From Phoronis australis (lineage: Eukaryota > Animalia > Phoronida), in contig NMRA01000021.1 of the NCBI GenBank assembly GCA_002633005.1, positions 230,087-294,086 on the forward strand: DNA of 64,000 nucleotides. Reading direction: 5' to 3'. The first letter of the stretch is position 1. Each line of letters starts with the position of its first letter. Of this stretch, positions 56,924-64,000 are shown piece after piece. Under the pieces are notes generated by a model. It saw only the letters and a list, made by a program, of their open reading frames with translations. It had not been told where the DNA came from and searched no databases. The translations under genes were made by a program, and so were the position numbers.

Positions 56924-59900
56924 GTAAGCCTTTTTGTGTACAGAGTGAAGTGTATATGCAATGGATTGTTCGAAAACGCCTTACAGCAAACAAAATATCC
57001 AATCACCAGATGGGAGGAAAGGAAGACTTTCCCTGTACCCATCATTCTACATATGTGTACGAGAAATCGTTGAAAGGTCCATTGGTGTAGTTGAGGGAAT
57101 GGTTGAATACAGTTCAGAATGTACTGATATATTTTTGTATTTCTTTGCTTGTCAAGCACACAACATGGCTGACAATTTTAGTTACAGTTTGTGAAACTTA
57201 TTGGTCAATGTAGTTTGTACTGAAATGCAAACCTTTAATTTCTGCGACCAAGGGCATTTTTGTCTTGCATCCCAAAGGGGGCTTGAATCCCTTAATCCCT
57301 CACAAAACAACACACTTGGTATGTCTCTTTTTTCAGAATTGCAGTCGCACTTTTTAAAATCAAAAATTGACTATTTTATCAAATCTTTTTAAGCAAAATG
57401 AATATCTCGAGAATTGTCGTACCAAATTTTTTTTAAACCAACAAGGACTTGCAGTGATAGATAGGTGAAGCCAAAATCGCCCATTTCGACTTAGAATATA
57501 TCGAATTTTCGACTGCAAATCGAGCAGTTGAAGCAATCAATGAATGGCTTATACTATAATTATATAAAATTGGGAGCGCTAAATCACTATATTGTAAAGG
57601 CTTTCATACAGAAATGATGGTGTGTAAAAGGTGACTCAATACGTGGCTTTAAACATTAACTCGTGATGATTTTTTGGTTTTGTTATATGTTAAAATTGTT
57701 TAGCAATGCGCTTATTCATATCAAGTGTGACTGTTTGTAAAATACAGATGTCAGGATTGGGCATCATTAAGAGATTAAGCTGGATTTCTAATGATGGGAA
57801 ATAGTCGTATCTGACCGTCTTGGTTCACTCCAAAACTTTAACATGGGGATACCCTGTAAATTGTCTGCACGCTTCATACATGAGTCTTAATCACTCTAAA
57901 ATTGGCAGAAATTTGAAATAATAACAATGTGTTGCCAGTCATTGTCCATTAAATCTTTAACTTTCCACCTTGTTGCAGCGAGTCGTCCATTTTTGTTTCC
58001 TGTAGATTTTGCTAATGGTCCTGTAACCTGTATAAGTAAACCAGATAATAGCACAGACATATAGGGAGTCCACCATGTTATCTCTCTGGCCTTGGACATG
58101 TATGTTGGCTTCACCTGGAGCTGATTGATTTTCTAAATGGATAGAAATTGTTGGACATACCCTTGCTTTGGAACCAGACTGGATTCATTGCATTGGACAA
58201 ATTAAGTCATGGGCCATGATTTATTGTTCAGGTTAAGACTGGTGTCATTGTTCCTGGTTCAATTTCCTCTACTACAAAGGATTTGCTTGACCTGTTTAAT
58301 TTCTTCTTTTTATCTCAATGCATTGAAATTAATATTTAGAATCAAAGTGGTAAAAAATAGACCTTTCAAATTGTTGGAAAATACTACGGGATTCCAGGAG
58401 AGGACGTCACCATTTCCTGCCAATCGGTACAATCTGCCATTTTTGCAGGAAAGCTTTTAATCCCCGTGTCATATCTCAAGAGATTATTTGTGGGAATTGT
58501 GGAAAAAATCTGCTACTGAATTTTTCCAGTTCTATCTGACAAAGTAACCTTTTCAGATATACGTGTTTGCCAATAGACTTTATTGAGAGGGTCAAAATAC
58601 TCCTAGGACTGACATCATGAAGTTTGCAATAGTTGTGAGTTTAGGCCTTGTCAAACAGATTTTTTTTTCAATCAGAACTCGTTTTCCTTGTTTGAAATAT
58701 CTAAATCAGAACCAGTTAGCAGTTGTTTCAACAGGCAATTCCTTTGTTGGTAGGTTGGTTTATATGTTTTAAATCAAGAATTTGAAAACTCCTCTTTTGA
58801 ATGTTCACCACATGGTGACCATCATCACCACTAAGAATGTTAAAATCACTGTCCACTTTGACCTACGACCTTCAGCCTTACATTGGGGGTGATTACATAA
58901 TTCAGTGCCTCTCATAATCACATCACAGTCTTGAGGTTTTTCACAAACTGTGATACACATTTGGTGGAATGGTGAAATTAGCAGAACCCTGTCTGGCTGT
59001 GGTCTGTCTGCCCTGGCAATTTGTCAACTTTCCTATAAGGTTCGCTTGGTTTAGGATAGGGTTTATGAAGCCCATATTTTCTATTTCTACACAGAATAAT
59101 TGGTCTAATGTTAGAGATTTTAGTTATTTTTATTGAACCAATACAGAATATTAGAATTACATTTCCGTGCTAGTTCTAAATAAAGTGATTTCGATGACAT
59201 CAAGTTTTCTTGCTGATGCTTGTTTTCGCACTCTTTCCCTACTTGGCAAGCAAAATAAGATGTCAATGTACTGGACTTTGCTGGTCTCTTAGCAACTACT
59301 GGCATTTAGACCTTCACTGGCTCCACAATTTATTTTTATTGAACCTGGTTGCTAGTAATAGAATATGAAGTGAGGGTTTCCAACTTTCTTTTTTGGAGCT
59401 CTTCAAAAAGAGTCGAAGAATGGAGATTTATGGCAGATATTTTCATCCAAAATTGTCAAGATTTTACCGTATTATTTCGGCTCTGTGTAGTCCATGCTCT
59501 TTGTCTGCCTACTGACAGTCCAGGTGAATCCAAGTACAATACTTCTTGGCACCAAGTGTGATACCCACTCAATCCTCTTATAATTAGCGGATGGTGTATG
59601 TCCTCAAACTTCCAATAAAGATCATACCTAAATGCCTGTGAAAAGCTGACTGTGTATACAAAAAGAAGATCTGACGAAGATCCTGAAATACTAACCTCTT
59701 TGGCATAATGTTGAATTCCTCACAGCTATATATATTTTCATGTGTGTATATCGTGGTTGTCAAGGCCTCTTTATTTAAGCAGGAGGGCCATTTTTTGTGG
59801 GAATGGGTGATGATCGGTTTTGGAATTTCAAAGTTTAGCGAGACTGAAATTATGACAATGAAAAATGACAGTCTTGGTCATTCCTTTTTGTGCGACACGC

Positions 59901-62900
59901 GTAGAGTTACTGTAAACGCCGATATGTTTATGTGTATGTGGACTGTTTCATAATTTCACATTCTCGTTACATTGCAGCTTGTAGTTTAAAATTCAACGTA
60001 TCCTTTTGCTTGGCTTTGCTGGTTGGACACGGTTTTCTGTCCCGCACTCTTCTCGTTATCACTAATAATTAGGTCTGTCTCGTTCTGTTAAACTTGAGAC
60101 CTGAAAACTGCCTAGCAATGGTTAACTATCCGTCTACCGTGAAGATTCTGTGGCTAAAAAGACCTATATAGATTTCAAGTGATGTACCTAGCCTGGCGTC
60201 TGTATTTTTCTGCTTCACTTAGTTTGCTAAAAAGGTTAAACAGTAACTCTTTAATAATGATAGTTTCCACGTCGTAACATTAGTAACATTCCCCCAACAC
60301 CTGTTCAGACTGCCATACAAAACTAATTGTTGCTACCTGACCTCGCATTTTCAATTTAGAGATAATGCTTGTACTTTTTTCCTTCGTTTTCATTTTTAGT
60401 ACACTGTATGTATTCTGTTTTTGAAATTGGTTGTTCCTTCTGAACTGTTTTTGGCAATGTTTTATGCCAGACTTGTTTCTGAAGTATCAAATCATTTTTC
60501 ACTGCTATAATATTTTTAAAGGTTGTTGAGCATTAAAAGTTATGACTACTCGAAGGACACAACAAAATTATGTCTAGAGTAAATTGTGAAATATTATTGT
60601 AATTTTTGCTATAATTTTAATGCTGACCTTGTTTGTTACTTTTAATATGGATTGAGTATAATACAGATGTATTAATGTGTGAATTTTTATGTAGAACTAC
60701 ATTTGTCAAGTTGTAAATCGTTGATGACATGTGAAAAATTATGACTCTTAATGCCATAAAGAAATAAAATTGACGTTAACTACAGTTATATTGTTCATTT
60801 TACAGTCAATAGTTCAGAAATTACTTGTTTAGAGATACAAGTCTCACTCCTTCCAAGGATTAAAAAATGTTATAAAAGTCAAGCTTTCAGCACAAAAATG
60901 TTGATTGCATCCGATAGCGCATTAATTTCAACATTCTTGAAAATGGCGACTGGCTTTTAAGAGCTTTGCACTGATAAAGAGAGTCAGTGTCCAACGAGAC
61001 CTTGTCGTATTTGGAGTCGACTGTGGTTGTATTTGCTCAAGATAAATTTGTAATCTAAACTCCATGTAGAAGGACCATAAAAAATTTGTAAATCGCCTAG
61101 TCCAAAGTTTGTTCACATGAACAAGTACCATTAAACCAATGCCTGTAGTCCGGTAGATTTTGTTGTTTTTTCACCTTTGCGACTTGTCGCCAAATTGCCC
61201 TCTGTTTGCAACAATGTTATGCTATTGATAGGCTAGTCACCAGAGAAGTTATGTAGGACCTTGTCGTGGAGTCTGTACATTTAGCCAAATAAACACACGA
61301 AACTATAGAATTTATCTCAATTAAAGTATATATTTTCTGACCGTAAATTCTGTAGAATTTGATTTTTGACTTTACACCAATCTACCACTAATTACGTCAC
61401 GTGACCTTTCTTTTTCATGAAAATTTAGCAAAAAAGTACGTTCATGATAGCAAAACAACAGAATCAATAACATGACAACAGGATCAATAAGATGACAAAG
61501 TATTGTATGCTGTAAGTGTTCAAGATAAAATGTAAAAACCGTGATATAGTTTTCTAAATTACTGCTTCGTTTTCGTTTTGTGCAACTTATGAAATTTTCG
61601 TTAAAAATGGTACAAGTCCTAGTTTTTGATAGCCTCTCGTGAAAAATTGGAACATTTTAAAATAATATCTGAAAGTAAATCCGATCAGCCATTTCTGAGG
61701 TACGATGTTCCGAAGTTTGCCAAAATTTTTAATTTTCTAAAGTCCTCCATAACCTTGGCACAATTTCATGTACTATTTTTGTGTTCTAGGAATTAATTTG
61801 GTGATTCTTTTTTAAGGATTTGTGAAGTTCATTGAAGAAATGCGTCCAAAGTAGAATATGTTTTATACCAATAGTGGCAGCGGGATGCTAGTTTATTTGT
61901 CCTATTTTCTCTTATCAACAAGTTATAGAAAATTATAGCAGCAACTGTATGACATTTGATGTTCAAGTACTTCAGTGTATTACGATTAGTTCATGTTGAT
62001 TACACCAATATGCCTCACCATATTTTTAGGAACTTTATTATGAAGTAAATCGGGGCAAAATTTTTTTAACTGTCTACATTGTTTATTCTACAAGCTTCTG
62101 TCCCGAATCACTTTCTAAAAGTAGGCACATGGAACTCACCAGCTCCTTTGGTGACCTGGGTTTCACATTTTCACAAATATTGACTGAAGGGATTTCACAC
62201 TGCTCAGTCTGATTTACACTGGATGCTCAGCGCAGCCAGCCTGTAGACATCCCAGCATGCGTTTACATATCCAGCTGGTTCTCTATCACCTCACTGAATA
62301 TCACTTAAATGTTGTCTAGCCATGGATTACGAGGTGTTTGGGTGTTGGCAAGTTGTAAACACTGTCAGCAAATCTGGATGGGAAAAGGCCCAAAGACTTG
62401 CTTGGTACACCAACCTTTTCAGAGTTAGTGGTATGAGAACTGCTGTGCTTGTCCAGGATTTTTCAAGACAAGTGTTTAGAAACTTGAATTACTTATATGA
62501 CTGACCTCAATTTTTCGTGGGATATTTTTACATTGAAATCTTGATTTTATTAATTATGAAACTATATATAAGATTTTATTATTCTTCTGGAGGTGCTTTA
62601 GATTTTTGTGTGTCTGTATTTTGTTTAAGATCTGTTTCAGATTTACCTGTTTACAAAATTTGGAATACTAAAAATAGCATTTTCAACTGTATTTGAAACA
62701 TAGTATCATTTCAGTAATTCCTATGTTGGTTAAGCTTATTTCATAGTCCTGAAAAAGTGTAGTAGTTTTTGCTACCTCATATTCTGTTTTGTCTTCTAAA
62801 ATGTCAAAATACTAAGGTTACGTTATAAAAGTATTCCTACTGAGTGGAACCAAAATATATCTGTAGCAAAGCCAATCAATTTTTATGTTTACTAAATATC

Positions 62901-64000
62901 AAAAATGTTATGTCCTTTAAGGGTTGTTCCTAGGTGAACATCCCATAATATGTACTCATTTAGATAAGTGCTCTTGGATGGCATTCATTTTGCACAGGCC
63001 AGAATTAGTTCTATTTTCTAGTTGTAGCCGTGATATATTTCTCCTGAATGCACTCTTTTGATTTTAGTTATACCATCTTTATGATTTGAAAACACAAGAT
63101 AACCAATTAATTAATTAATTGTGTAACTACTGGTTTTATATATTTTCAATAAATGTTAAATTATGATTATTCTAAACACCATCACTTAAAAGTACAATAA
63201 TTTCATTCTCAACACTCTCACTTAACATACAATTTCATGTTAGAAAATTTACCGCCTGCATTTTCCATTTTTCCCGTGCACGAACGTTGCTTCGCATCAT
63301 ACCCCGCCCTCATCTTATAAAATTTTGAATAAATTAAACTCCGTAGCACGTCACCGATAACTCATAACAAAGAGTCCCCGCTGTGAAAAATGACAACGCC
63401 AGGAGATGTCACATTATGGTGTGTGAATGATGGGTTGTCTACTTAGAATGCATAGTTCTAAATATGGTTCATTACAAAATGTGTCCGAGGCTTTTGTGTA
63501 AGGACTGATTAGCATTGGACGGTCATTTTTCATGAAATTATAAACTACTTTTCTCCTGGACTGGCAATTTGTTTGAAGCATTTACCACAATGGTAGAAAA
63601 TGTACCTCCTGTGCTAGTATTTTGATCTGCTGAAATTGAAAAATGAGCGAAAGGTTGTTTGGTTGTTATAACTATGGAGTTAACCGTGTATTGAAAGAAA
63701 AGAGTGAAAATAACTTCTTAAAAATTCTTGTTTTTGGTATCTTTCATTATTTTGTTGAAATCGATATTTTATGTTAAAGTTATAAAAGCTTTTTATGAAC
63801 ATAAACTCAATATTCCCATAAACATCTTACAGTTTTTTATTGATAAATGCCAATTTCCTCCAACCAAAATGAAACTGGCTCTTGATGACTTAAAAGGACC
63901 CGAGAAAAATATATGTACATTATAGCTTTCTTAGTGAATAAATTATGCTGATTAAATTCCTAAAATACTAAATAAACGATAGCTGTCTGCTGTTAATGTG

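Noticed and set aside
56924-64000. Meis homeodomain exons (KKRGIFPK..., WFIN)
   Set aside because: Looked for but not found; they presumably lie downstream of the window.

Overview
Eukaryotic (animal, probably invertebrate) genomic DNA, AT-rich and intron-dominated; most ORF-track entries are spurious. Two spliced + strand genes can be reconstructed by eye. (1) The last four coding exons of TARBP1/Trm3, a SpoU/SPOUT tRNA G18 2'-O-methyltransferase (384-6572). (2) Coding exons 1-7 of a Meis/homothorax TALE homeobox gene (ATG 16181, exon 7 ends 56923), with a 34.7 kb intron 6; the homeodomain exons lie beyond the window. Two non-autonomous TTAA-flanked Kolobok-type DNA transposons are present: one carries a broken THAP domain, the other is a fold-back apparently built from two 5' ends. 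The most unusual items are: about 10 decayed 107-bp tandem units built from the TARBP1 C-terminal coding sequence, running through its 3' region; a candidate 21-nt in-frame Meis microexon created by a tandem duplication across an AG/GT site; a 19-bp minisatellite of sense 5'-splice-site motifs in Meis intron 6; and possible homeodomain-less Meis isoforms. I see no convincing new multi-gene system; the findings are hypotheses to test.
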